Assembly (NCBI RefSeq): GCF_963506605.1
Contig: NC_083280.1
Location: 51,708,001-51,772,000 of the forward strand
From: Zootoca vivipara
Taxonomy: Eukaryota
Direction of reading: 5' to 3'
Length of the DNA: 64,000 bases
The position numbers and the translations under genes were made by a program. The notes under the pieces were generated by a model. The model was given only the letters and a program-made list of their open reading frames with translations, was not told the DNA's origin and ran no database searches. Shown here piece by piece: positions 50,669 to 62,836 of this stretch (position 1 is the stretch's first letter; each line of letters starts with the position of its first letter).

Positions 50669-51561
50669 AATTCACTGTATTGGAGTTAATTGGTATGGAT
50701 ATTGGCCCTGATCCAGAATTCAGGAGAGTCTAGGAACAGGATACACATATCCTACCTTAATTCAAGGATCTTCCTTGCCAAAAGCATGATCAGCACTGTC
50801 ATCTTTGATAAAACCAACAACATGTCTTGTGGAAAGAGGGGCTAGTGGCTGCCTGAATTCACACACAAATGGTAGACCTTCTTTGCTGAACACAATAGCA
50901 TCCATCAGCATACCCCTATCCACTTGTGGTGGTTGCTTCTGACACAGCAGTCTTGTGTGTCTGTAAACTATTCTCCTGAATCTTCTCTGTGTTCAAGTCT
51001 TGTTCCACATGTAGATCAGTATTGCTGCATGCATGGAGGGGGAATGCCAAGTTTCTGCTACTTAAAGTAAAAAAAAGTCACATGTAAAGATAACTCATTA
51101 AAACCATTACAAGGAATTACAGTTGTGGATATTAAAGAATCTGATGTCACTACCCCCTCCCCAGGCAATTTTTTGATTAGTTTCTACATTGAAAAATACA
51201 CTAAAGTTGACTGGTAATAGTATCCTCCATGGGTTATTTCACACATTACACAGCACAAAGCCAGGTTTTTCAAATATACTCTTGACAGGGTGCCACAGCC
51301 AATCCTGGCTTTCAAACAATTGTACCCATGCGATACATTTATCTTCAAACTGTTGTTGTTGCACTTGTAACTAACATTTTCTGCCCCTGAATACAAGTAT
51401 TGTAATGTAAATGTGTACAACAGCCCTAAATTTTGTTGCAAAAATAAGTTTTAAACATTATTGAAAAGCCATTTGTAGTTTCTTATCACTGGGATAGAAG
51501 TAAGGTTGTATGTTCTATGATGTTTAGTGGGACTGAAATTATCCCAGAATACTTACAGGAA

Positions 51562-51593
<32 letters not shown>

Positions 51594-52713
51594 CCCACCC
51601 ATCTGCTATAGAATTGTCTTTTAAAAATATTTAATACATCTGGAAATTCAAGCACAGCTTGATATGCCATGCAGTTCTTGGAAACATGACAAACTAAATG
51701 GAATATAATGAATTCATTTGTCTTGTGTAGCTGTCTCCCACTTTTAATAACATCAAAAGCTAATCATTGTTGATAATGTAGCCACTACTCCTTTACTTTA
51801 AGTGCCACCAAGCCACCAGATTCAGAATAAAGACAGTCCTTAGGACAAGTGCTGCCTATCTGATGACATCTGAAGGCTTCAGGAATCCCTTTTAGACACT
51901 AAACAACATCCTCCTGATCTTTCATAGAGAGTCAGTCTCAGTGAATGAAAATCAAAATGACTTGAATCATGTACAAGGGCAATATAGCAAATAAAATCCT
52001 TTAAACCATGCAAGGCTCTGATCTTTCAAACCTTTCATGGCAGCAGTCCCATGAGCTGGAAGCAAATGACTACTGTTAGGTTTTTGTTTTTGTTTTTGAA
52101 AAGAAACTGGATACTTTGCCTGCAACTCTTAGTGCTTTACAATTCAAACTATGGTATCATTCTGCAGTAAACTGTCTAGGGTCTACTGAAATGATCTTAA
52201 TCCTAAATGTGTTAATGTGACAGTGTCACATATTGGCTTCTGTGGTCACAGATTAACAGTGTAATCCTATACATATCTATGCAGAAGTAAATCCCATTGT
52301 GTTCAGTGGGGATTAATCCTATGTAAGTAGATATAGGATTGCTGCCTTAGTCACTTTGTGCAAGGCAAATAGAAGCAGAACTCTCTGCCAATCAGTTACA
52401 GATGACAACTCTTGGTCATTGTAAATAGCTAACAGCTAACATATATATCTGCCTCACTGGGTTGCACTAAAATAGTTGTCTCTGTCATAGCAGAATCCCA
52501 CTTAGAATGGTAGTAGGGTGAGTCATCTCAGTTCTCTCACTAATTCATACTCACTGTGGCCCCTTTCTACTGATTTCTGGATCATGCTATAGTTTTTCCA
52601 CTACACGTTTGAAGAAAATGGATGCTGCCTCCACACTATCACCAATTTACCCTTGTTGCAGTAGAACTGAGATGGATTGCTCTTCAGATGTTGCACTCCC
52701 TCCCATTCCCAGC

Positions 52714-53047
52714 CATAGGTGCCAAGTTCCGGATTGAAAAATCCAGGATCAGCAGTGCCATGACATTGGAAGTCACTTCTATGCACTTCCGGACATGCGT
52801 AGAAGCGACTTCTGGCGCTGCAGACATTTTGGAAATGGGCACAGTGGCATTGGAAGTCGCTTCTACGCATGTCCGGAAGTGCATAGAAGCGACTTCCGGT
52901 GCCGCTGCGGCACCAGAAGAACATGGCCGCCGGCAGGAGCTCCGTAATCCAGGGGAATATGGGGTATTTTGCCATTTGGGACACCTGCGAGAAACGGTAA
53001 GAAAATATGGGGGTTTCCCGGGGAAAACGGGGTACTTGGCAGCTATG
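52714..53047. mobile_element. hAT-type MITE, CATAGCTGCCAAGT family, nested in an older palindromic MITE
   Basis: TIRs cataggtgccaagt / acttggcagctatg, TSD ttcccagc/gtcccagc; internal repeats homologous (inverted) to 47516-47955. Confidence 0.88.
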
Positions 53048-53859
53048 GTCCCAGCCATCATGGTCAATGATCAGGATGAGGGGAATTGTAGTCCAGCAAT
53101 ATCAGGTGAGACACAGGTTCCCCATAACTACACTAGATTTAGTTCAGATGTCCTAACACAGTCCATATGGAACATTACCACTGGGTGCCAAATTAAACAC
53201 ACTGGTAGCTACCACTTCCTGGCAGCAAGGCACATAAATGTGGCAGGTAAAAAAATGATGGTCTTCCATACTCACATATATTGTCATAGGAAAATGGCAC
53301 CGTGCATAAGACTAAGGTCTTATTTCCTTTACATGTGCATCTCTAATGATGCTTCATGTGGAGGTCCAGAAATGGATGTGATTTAGGCAGTGATGCAGTA
53401 TGGGACTTGAAGGGCCAGTGCATCTATCTGGTTAAAAAGTGATTACAGCAGCACATTCTAGTGTGAGGTTATTTTTGTGGCACAAGGACTTCTTAATTGG
53501 AGGATAAATCAGTTGCCACATTGTTTTACACACTTAGTATATCCAATCAGCTGATTGGAAATTCCATTGCCTCTGCAGGAATACCTCAGCTCAAAGACTG
53601 TACTAGTTACTACATCAGATATACTGAGCACGTGAAATCAGCTATTTGGAAGCTCCATATTCTGCAATCCAGAATGGCACGTAGAAGGTCACGCAACACC
53701 CACACCTCTGTTTGTGTGGAAGAAAATGGAGCAATACTTTCTAGTCATCTGCTGTGCTTGTGGTTTCCTGTATTTGGGCAAGAAACCAAAGTTTTATACT
53801 GTACCTCTTTCCCCAGAAGCAAATATAGGCGGATAATAGTGTTTCTTTAGAATAATTAA

Positions 53860-54367
53860 GATTCATGTCATTTTTATTCAATCAACAGTAAAATAACTAA
53901 ACTGTATAATTACAATAAAGAAGACCAACAGTTGTATAGCTGAGCTTTTCTGTCTTTTTTAAAATATATCCTCAGAAAGATAAAATAATTTTAGGTTACT
54001 GAAATATTCACAATGGTTGTTTCTTGTTAATATAGGATATGTTTTTCTTTTCTTTTTGTCATGGCTAAATGATCATAATCAGAAAAATAAAACAGTGTTA
54101 GAAAGTTTAATATCGCTCTCTATTTCTTCAGAAATTTTGAAGAAAACGTGTTACATTGGTATATGACTTACAATGGTTTCACAGCAAGGACTGCAAAACC
54201 ACTTACATATATAAACATGGAAGAGAATGCTAAAACATTAAAACATTGGTAGCCATCTATAAACACGAAGAAGTTTCATAAAATTCACACTCCAGGAAGA
54301 CATTCATCATATGTCAACAGCCTGATCCCTTTTTAATATATATACTTCAAAATATGTTTAATTTGAC

Positions 54368-54418
<51 letters not shown>

Positions 54419-55248
54419 TAAAAACAGTCAAGGCCAAAATCCACCAGGAAATTCTTTATGCAAGGCCTCCCTTGTCTTCTTAGAGGTCTCTGGTCTGCCA
54501 AGGGAGCAGGTGAGAAGACTGCTGCCTCCTCAGTATGCAGGAGACTTCCGAGGGAGCCACGTCTTTGTGAGGTCCACATAGCAAATATTTATGGAAAGGG
54601 CCCAAAACCTGTCAGAAAAATCAAGGGTATCCTGGATCCCCTTTGAAAACAGCTCCACTCCAATTGGAAGCCATGACTTTGGCTTTGGAACCGATTTCAG
54701 CTAGTGTGTGTCTTTGCTCTCATTTTACACTGAAATAATTGGAAACTGCACAAAAGCACTCAAATGCTCTGGCTGAGATCCCCTTTATTACAATGGGTCT
54801 TGCACAGGAGAACTTCCTGACTAATTGTGCTGCAAATGAGAGAAGCAGGATTCTAAGCTACATGGCCTCTTTTTTATTGGGCAGATTTTTTATTTTTTTT
54901 AAACAAGGAAAACAAGAAAGAAAGGAAAGGATGAAATCTGGATGATTTACATGCAAATTGACATTCCATCTCTTTTAAAACATTGCATGTCCCAAAGCCT
55001 TCTGGGTTTGGAATGTAATACTGCATCAAGTATTTCACAAAGCTCCTAAGTAACACAAGAAGCGTCCTTTAAAAATTAGGAAATTATAATATAATATAAT
55101 GAAGACGGGGATGACAATCCAGAACTATTATTTTTTTTATAGCAAAGTGCTTCAACTTAGCTCCTAGAACTTTTATTTCAGAACAATTAACAGAGGAGGA
55201 CAGGGAACAAATCAGCTTCATTTTATTTCCTTTGTACAAGTCCTTTTG
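53860..55248 (-). other. GFRA1: GFRA1 3' UTR (minimum estimate; may extend several kb further)
   Basis: Follows the TAA at 55249; AU-rich; candidate AATAAA signals on minus at 55222-55227 and 53873-53878. Confidence 0.6.
54368..54418. repeat. (AAT)n microsatellite
   Basis: Directly visible. Confidence 0.95.
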
Positions 55249-55419
55249 TTAAAGCAGATATGAGGTTTCTGATGAACGTGGGTACAAGCAAGATGAGAGT
55301 GAAGTTGCCACCAGCATGAGAAGTGTGCTTGGCCGGATGCTTATACGAAGAGGAGATGAATTGTCAGAGGACATGTGACTAGTGGAGCCGCCTGCCACGC
55401 TTCCTTTCCCAAGAGCATT
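55249..55419 (-). CDS. GFRA1: GDNF family receptor alpha-1, last coding exon (GPI-anchor signal)
   Basis: Acceptor ttctgttttgcag; NALGKGSVAGGSTSHMSSDNSSPLRISIRPSTLLMLVATSLSSCLYPRSSETSYLL* resembles recalled sauropsid GFRA1 C-termini (NAIGK…STSHISSENS…PSTPLILM) and the mammalian …ETS end. Confidence 0.88.
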   Translation of the reverse strand, partial: NALGKGSVAGGSTSHMSSDNSSPLRISIRPSTLLMLVATSLSSCLYPRSSETSYLL

Positions 55420-56117
55420 CTGCAAAACAGAATCATTTCCTTTGGTCACCAATTTTTCACCCGCATATCTTTCCATCTTTTCAGTGCTCTTAAACAATCC
55501 CTACTTTACTGTGGCTGCAAGCTACGGTACTTTCCTCATTCAGACCAGGCAGCTTCACTAGAATGAAGTGATCCAGAAGGTCTTGGCATAGGGAGGAAAC
55601 TTCTAGTAATACTCATGTTACTTTCAGTGTGATCTGATAATCAACTTTTTTATTGCAAGTTTTCAACACAGAATACAATAGAAAAGATTTAAAAAGATAA
55701 CAAAGGGAAGAGGAAGAGGAGGAAGAAAATAATAATACAAAGCCCTCTATCAATGTTGTATCTTAACCCTTATTCCACACAAAGGAGGTTGAGACTTCCA
55801 AGTGTGATTTGAAATGGTAAGCAAAGCTTATTCATAAACACAAATTTAAAAAATATAATTGTATTTAAAGAGACTCATTAGTTTGCTGTACAGGTCCTGA
55901 TGTAGGATACTGAGGCCACATTGCTAAGGCCACCGAGAATGACTCAATGTCAAGGTAGACCTTGCCTTGCAGGAGGAGAATGACATAACCCATACAGGAC
56001 AGAGGAGAGGAACCTTTTTCAGCCCAGGGACTCATTCCCTTCTGGACAACCTTGTGGGCTTATGTCAGTGAGGGGTAAAAACACTCACAGAGCTTGCAAA
56101 GCGGTGGCAGCGACAGT

Positions 56118-56207
56118 CATAGCTGCCAAGTTCTCCCTTTTTTAAAGGGAAATTCCATTATGCTGAATAGGCTTCCTCGCGAGAAAAGGGAAAACTTGGC
56201 AGCTATG
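56118..56207. mobile_element. 90-bp hAT MITE, CATAGCTGCCAAGT family, in the last GFRA1 intron
   Basis: Perfect TIR catagctgccaagtt / aacttggcagctatg and perfect 8-bp TSD gcgacagt (56110-56117, 56208-56215). Confidence 0.95.
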
Positions 56208-56999
56208 GCGACAGTTGTAGCCTGGGGAGACTCCTGTGGGGCACATTGAGAAGCACAGATGGCTGGGCCTGAGATTGGAATTTATGTCCCAGAGATGCCC
56301 ACATTATTTATGTCCATAAAATAGAGATGCCAGACTCTTACCCATTCCTGCTTTTATTCAGGAAAGGCTATACTTCAATAAAGGAAAGCCTAGTTGTTTG
56401 TTGGTTTTCTGTATATGAGCCGGCACTTTCAAGTAAACTGTCTCCTGTCAAAACTGAAGTGGCCTTGACAGGAGTGCTTCACCACCTAGGGTTATATCTA
56501 GATCTTTTAATACTGCAAAGCTCTGATCCATTTATAGTTATATTGTGGTTTCCAAAGAATTAATGAATTGATCTAACTCTTAAAAGATCTATTTTCCCCC
56601 AAATGGGGACACACATGTTTTGATGGGTATGCACATTCAGTCAGTGTTTTCATGTCAGGTGGTAGAATAGCCTAAGGGTGAAGGCCAAAAGTTCCAGGAG
56701 AGAGCATTAGTGGTGGGCAAATGGTCAATCCTGTTCCTAGCATGGTTTAAGCAACTGTCATTTCATTTATTCAAGATCAGTATTCTGTCAGCCATAAAAT
56801 CTGATTGACTATGCTTAAGGGTCTTGCTAAGAGCCATGTTCCTGCAGATTACCAGTTAATTACGTTTCAAAGATAAAGGGTAATTATCATGTGACCTGAA
56901 AATTACGTGCTTCCTAAGAATTAAAAATGCAATTACCTTTCTGCTACATGGCTGAAGGTGAATGGCTATTCTGGACATGGATCTGAGCCTCCTAACCAA

Positions 57000-57031
<32 letters not shown>

Positions 57032-57709
57032 ATGTTGTTGATGATGATAATGTTGTTGTTGTTTCCATCTATATTCTACCCTTCCTCCAAAAGGAGCCCA
57101 GGGAGGCAAAGACATCAATATCATCAAAACATTCTAAAAGCAATCACATTCTCACAGACAATAATTTCAGTGTTGCCAGGATTAGTATCTTTCAGCTACC
57201 AAATGCCTAGGTAAACAGGAATGTTTTAACATTCCTCTGAAAAGTCTGTAATAAGGGAGACAGACACACCTCACCAAGAAGGGTATTTGTCAAAGGGAGA
57301 ACCATCACTGAGCAGGCCATGTCATGAGTTAACATCAACTGGGCATACTATGCTATTGTATAATAGCATACAGTTACCAAAAATTCTAATGAATTCATTA
57401 AAGGCAATAAATGTTTTGGAAGACTAAGGTCAGGAGGACTTGGAGGTCTTATAAGCTATACTTTGCTGATGCTGCTTCCCAGCATTGCCTATTTTGGCAG
57501 GGCTGGCAGATTAATCAGTAAGAGGGACTGAGCTCGAGGCTGTCATTGCTATCAGAACTAACTACAACAATATAGGATGTTGCAGGATTTGCCTCCACAA
57601 TCTCTGTAGGGTGTAACCTCTAGCCCTTTTAGAAGAAAGGCTCCAAAAAAATTATTCAAAGGAATATTTTTGCTAGTAGCAATTGCCACAACAAGGCGAA
57701 AAATCTTAC

Positions 57710-57763
57710 CCCAGTCACACACAGTTCCGTAGCTACAGATTCATTGAAACTCTGCTTTGGTAC
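57710..57763 (-). CDS. GFRA1: GDNF family receptor alpha-1, penultimate 54-nt coding exon (VPKQSFNESVATELCVTG)
   Basis: Acceptor tctttgtctttctacag, donor GGG|gtaaga, phase 0-0, 18 codons like the equivalent GFRA1 exon (NESV.TELC motif); splices in frame to 55419. Confidence 0.88.
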
Positions 57764-59330
57764 CTGTAGAAAGACAAAGAGGCACATAAAGCTGAATGTG
57801 CAGAAATAAAATGTGCATAAATTGCAGGCTTACTATATGGGGGAACAATGTAACTCATGTGTGAATACAACTTTAAGAGATTTTTTTTGCTATGGATTTC
57901 AAAGCAGGTACTAAAACATACCTGAACCACTAAGCACAAAGGTATTGGACACGCCCCGCCTAACTATTCCAAGTAATATTTTATATTGTTTGATGCTTGT
58001 AATGGGTCATGCTGGTATGCAATTAGAGGTTTATGGGCATGCTAGATGCTTCATTGGGAAAGGAAGATAGTACTCATAATGTTTTCAGCCTTTTCAATCT
58101 ATTCCAGTCCTATGGCTTACAAGCTATTTTGTGCAAGTCTTTGGGCTAAGAACAAGATCTTCCCTGGTCCAACCAAATAAATGCAAATGCATTACAATAA
58201 ATACCTTCTGAAATCAGTAATCTACCATTAGTAGCAGCGTAGGATTATTAAGACTGTACAGGCTGTGTATGTTCAAACGGCAATGTATAGTAGTTTGCTC
58301 CAAAGAACACTGCTAATTACAGCACTATTTCAAATCACAAACAAACTTTTTATCAGGTACGCTGCAACCCTGGCACATGGGACCATCTCCCTGCTACCTT
58401 CCTAGGTCTCCATGAAAAGGGGGAAGACTCTAGCAAAGCTATCAAGGTGTCATTAAACCAGCCATCCTTCATTTAACTAAGCAACCTGTATATAGCAGCA
58501 CAACAGATAATTTCATCAGGAACAAAGCTACACAGCAAAACCGTCTTCAGTTACTTTTCGGCTTAGGAGATAAAATGGATCATAATAACAACATCAGCAA
58601 AAAATAGTAAACTGTTTTTTCTCCTGTAAAGTATAGCTTCTGTAGTTAGAGGAAATAAAGATACATGCCCACTTATTTTACTTCTGTAAAGCAAAAAAAA
58701 TAAAAAAAATAAATCTGGGGTGGGTGGTGGGTGGGGAGTTAGCCTCCAGACTGAGATGTAACATGCCAAGTTTCAAATTGGAAGAGTACATTTTACTGCT
58801 GAGTTATAAACCTGTAAAAGGGGGTTATAATGGAAAAGCTGGCATAGACTGTTGTACTATAAAGTAGCAGTGTATCACTAAATCACAGGCAATGGAAAAA
58901 ATATATATAAAATTCTGTGCAGAGAGCATGATACCCAGTAATTATATCCTAAGGGACAAATCCTTTCTTTCTTTTGCGCCAATCTTACAGGACAAAGAGA
59001 AACTGGTGTAATTCTAGTGCAAGAAAAATTAATGTCTCTAATAATGGCTTGCACACTAAGCTAGTGTACTGTGCTGATGAGAAAATCAAGAGATAATGTT
59101 GCATTAATTCAGAACAGGATTTCAAGAGCAAGGAACTATATATGGGCTGAATTGAGAATTACTATATCTTCCCAGTTAAAAACAGAACTTTTAACTTCTA
59201 CATCTATATTTTGATTTCTACAGTAATTTTGATGTTCAAGTTTGAAATTTAGCAAAATTGAATGTAATTTGGGCAATATTTTGCACAGTATCTTCCAACT
59301 AGAATACAGATGTTAATGATAACATTAATA

Positions 59331-59585
59331 CAGTCATACCTTCTGTTGCGAACGTGATCCATGCGGGAGGCACATTCGCAACCCGCAGTGTTCGTAGCCT
59401 GAAGCGCTCGTCTGTGCCATACGTGTCATGTGATTCGGTGCTTCTGCGCATGATGTCATTTTGTGTTTTTGCGCACACGCGAGTGCCAAAACCCTGAAGT
59501 AACCTGTTCCAGTACTTCCAGGTTCGGCGCGGTCCGCAACCCGAAAATGCGTAACCCGCAGCGTTCCTAACCCGAGGTATGACTG
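59331..59585. mobile_element. Tc1/mariner (Tigger-like) MITE in a GFRA1 intron
   Basis: TIR cagtcatacct / aggtatgactg, TA TSD, CpG-rich interior with aacccg repeats. Confidence 0.85.
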
Positions 59586-59720
59586 TATGGTTAGTATGAA
59601 AGATTCAGAAACGTAATGATTGAATAAGTACTTGTGAAACTGATAGGGATTTCCAGTGAGCCACTACTTTGCCTTGAAGCCATACATTACTGTAGAATTC
59701 AGAGAGAGAATGTGTAATTA

Positions 59721-59726
<6 letters not shown>

Positions 59727-59782
<56 letters not shown>
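59727..59782. repeat. (TA)n microsatellite
   Basis: Directly visible. Confidence 0.98.
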
Positions 59783-59785
<3 letters not shown>

Positions 59786-62682
59786 GTCTTTCTGAACTTT
59801 TCACCACAACCCTTAACAGTGTGGCATGCAGATTCCAACGAAACTAATGACTGCATTGCTTTGATTGAATCTCCTAGTGTGGAATTCAGTTACAAACTCC
59901 ACCCCCCCCCTGCGAAGTCTTTTTGTGGGGCTGGTTACATTAAAAAGCAAAACCTGACTTTTGAATTTTTTGATAATTTGTCAAGTATGATCAAACAACA
60001 TCAAACAACTGAAACTAAATTCGATTAAAACCCTACTTCTTATACATTAGAAACAAAATAGTAACTTTGTGAGCAGAATCCACAGTCCGTCCCCCCCAGT
60101 CATGCTTCCTCTCCCCAGGACACACTCTCCTTGAGTACCTTAAGAACTGTGACAATACCTCTTGCTTGTCTTATGGTAGGTGGAGAGAAATGGGTGTGTA
60201 TAGAATCCTCTGACTCTTGTGTGGATGAAATGCAGCCTCCCGTGCAAGGCTTAGAATTACAACCCTTGCTCCACCGACTTTTCCTTCCACCACTGAAACG
60301 GGGCCTCCAGAAGAATGTCCAATCCTATTTTAGCCAATGATCACCAGTCTTTACCCCACATTTTTATTTGGAGGGGGTAAATTCTTCTTGGTAGTGCCCC
60401 TAGATAGTAGGCCTTTCAGTTGACTGGGGCGGTGTGGGTGTGTGCAGCATGGTAGGCCTTTGTGCCTTTAACCATGTCCTCATGTGCAGAAATCAGCAGA
60501 TGTTTGCAGTATGGGGATAAAAACCTCAAGCTGTACTTAAAAGTCACAGCTATAGTGGGTGAGTAGTAAGTTAGGAAGCCTTGCAACAAAAGGCTGGAGG
60601 AAAGTATCTTTCTTTCCCCAACTATTCTCCAGCCAACCATCTCCTTGAAATATTCATAGCAAACACCACTGCATAATCCTTTGTTCTCTTGATTACAGAG
60701 ATTTACTATTCATCCAACCTGTTTTCTTAACAGTAGGACACAAACTATAAAGTGCGAAATGCACTTGACTGTAAAAATGCAATCAGTTTAACTCTTTTGC
60801 TCTTCCTAAACACAAGCTGCATCTATCAGCCTTGTCAATAGTGTTTTCTTATTAGCCCAGCGATCCAACAATACGCTGCAATATAAATTACTTTCAACTG
60901 GGAAAACAAGCAAAGTACATATCAGAAGCAGAGCCTGCTAAAATAAGGATTCAATTCAGCATAAAACAATTCTAGTCCACAAAGCCGAGGTGCTGTGCTA
61001 TTTAAGCTGTGGAGGCAATCAGCCTTGCACTCTTGCACTACAAAGAAGCCTGACCTTTACTTGGGTGCTGAATCAGCTGTAAGGAAAATCCACTGTTAGA
61101 GCATGAATATTATCTGTGGTCAAATTGCTTAAGAATGTAATAATCTACAGGCTTACTTGGGAGTAAGTCCTGTTTGCACTAGGTAGGTGGCACTTTCTTT
61201 CAAGTAAGGATTGGGCAATACGATTGCTTCATAATTACATACCAGTCTGAAGAATATTTTGCCCAATTCAAATCATATTTTCTCAGTTATCTTAATGAAA
61301 TTATTTCAATCAGCAGCATCATGGCACCAGACTTGCTTAACAGTCAGCCTGTTGAGGCTTTGATGCACCTCCTTTTCATTTCCAAGACATCAAAGAAAAG
61401 CAGACTACATTTTTTAAAGGATATATGACAAAATACTGGAAAACGGAACTGCTTTTTGTTTGCTTTTTAACAATAAAGTGAAAAATAAAGTGACTGTTTT
61501 ACCTTTACATTTTTACCTGTAAGAGTGTCCTTTTAAACACAAAATGCCCTGAATATTCTCTCTGCATTAAAAGTAGCTGGAAAATGGAAAAGCTGCTACA
61601 AACAGATAAAACAAATAACAAAATCTCCCCCATACAAACCCTGGATATTGTAGATCTGCTGCTTTTAGCTAGATGTGCACCTTAGTACAGCTGTATAAAG
61701 AAATCCTCGAACTTCCCCCCACCTTAGTCCATTAAAATATGAGTGCAGTTTCTGATATACATTCAAAGCTACATTTTCAAGAATCCCTGAGTATCCAACC
61801 AAGAGACAAAGAACATATGGCCCATACGACTATTTTTTTTATCCATTAACTCATGTTGAAATAGTAAGACCTTCAGATTTCTATTTAAGAGAGGGAGGAT
61901 TTGGGGTCCTTATGGTTGCAGTGATAAGCCTGAGAGTGAGGCTGTAAAAGAAGTGCCCTATGACTCACGGGCAGGAAAATAAATAAAAAACTGCAAAATG
62001 AAGGGGAAATGTTTCAAACCAACATTATTAGGCAATACACTTCCTTTAAAATTTATTTCTTAAAATAACAATTCTTAAATTTCTGGTTTGACAGCAGGAA
62101 TGGTGAATCTTTTTTTCTATGAAAGGCTGCTAACTCACAGGAAGAATCAATTGGAGACAGCCAGTGGTAGGAAAATCCCCCATGTCTCCCTCCCCTTTTC
62201 TGCCACCCTGTGATATATTTGCTTAAGGGCAAACCGGGTAGTTGCTGGGTTTGTGTGTGTGGCAAATTTGGCGAGGTGGCATTTGGGAAACCCAGCCAGA
62301 AGGGCGGGGTATAAATAATAAATTATTATTATTATTATTTATCATTATCATCACCATCAGCTGTACACCACCTGTGGCATCTGGGCTGGGATGAGCAGGC
62401 ATGATCCTGGATTGGGCAGGAAGGAAAAGGTCTGAGAGGTCTGTTTCTAGGGTTCAAAGGGAAACAGTGGCGGCGTGGGGTGGGGGATCCACTTGGATCA
62501 GACCTGGAAACTGCCAGATAAAAGAGCAAGTTGCTGCCTTTCCTTGCCTATCATTCCTACTGGCTGGAAATGCTTTGTAGGGCAGCTGGTGAGATCTGCA
62601 ACTGCCAGGGAAGAAACGGGGGGCTTCAGGATCAAGGTGAGATCAAAGCAAGGGCCCCCTCTCAGCCTAGCAAAAGGGGACA

Positions 62683-62836
62683 CAGTGCCGTCTCAAGCAT
62701 GTTGGGCGCCCTGGCACCGTGGTGCGGAGATCGCTCCGGCGCCCCTGCCCTTGTGGGCGGGCGCAGCATGCAGCCCTGTGCCCCCCTGCCAGCCCGGCGC
62801 ACTGCGCCACCCAGCCTACCCCTAGAGCCGGCCCTG
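62683..62836. mobile_element. GC-rich hAT-type MITE
   Basis: TIRs cagtgccgtctcaag / ctagagccggccctg (12/15), TSD aggggaca/aggtgaca. Confidence 0.75.

Noticed and set aside
52622-53386. 254-aa plus-strand ORF
   Set aside because: Runs through the GC-rich MITE at 52714-53047 and an older MITE; no protein motifs; a stop-poor repeat artefact.
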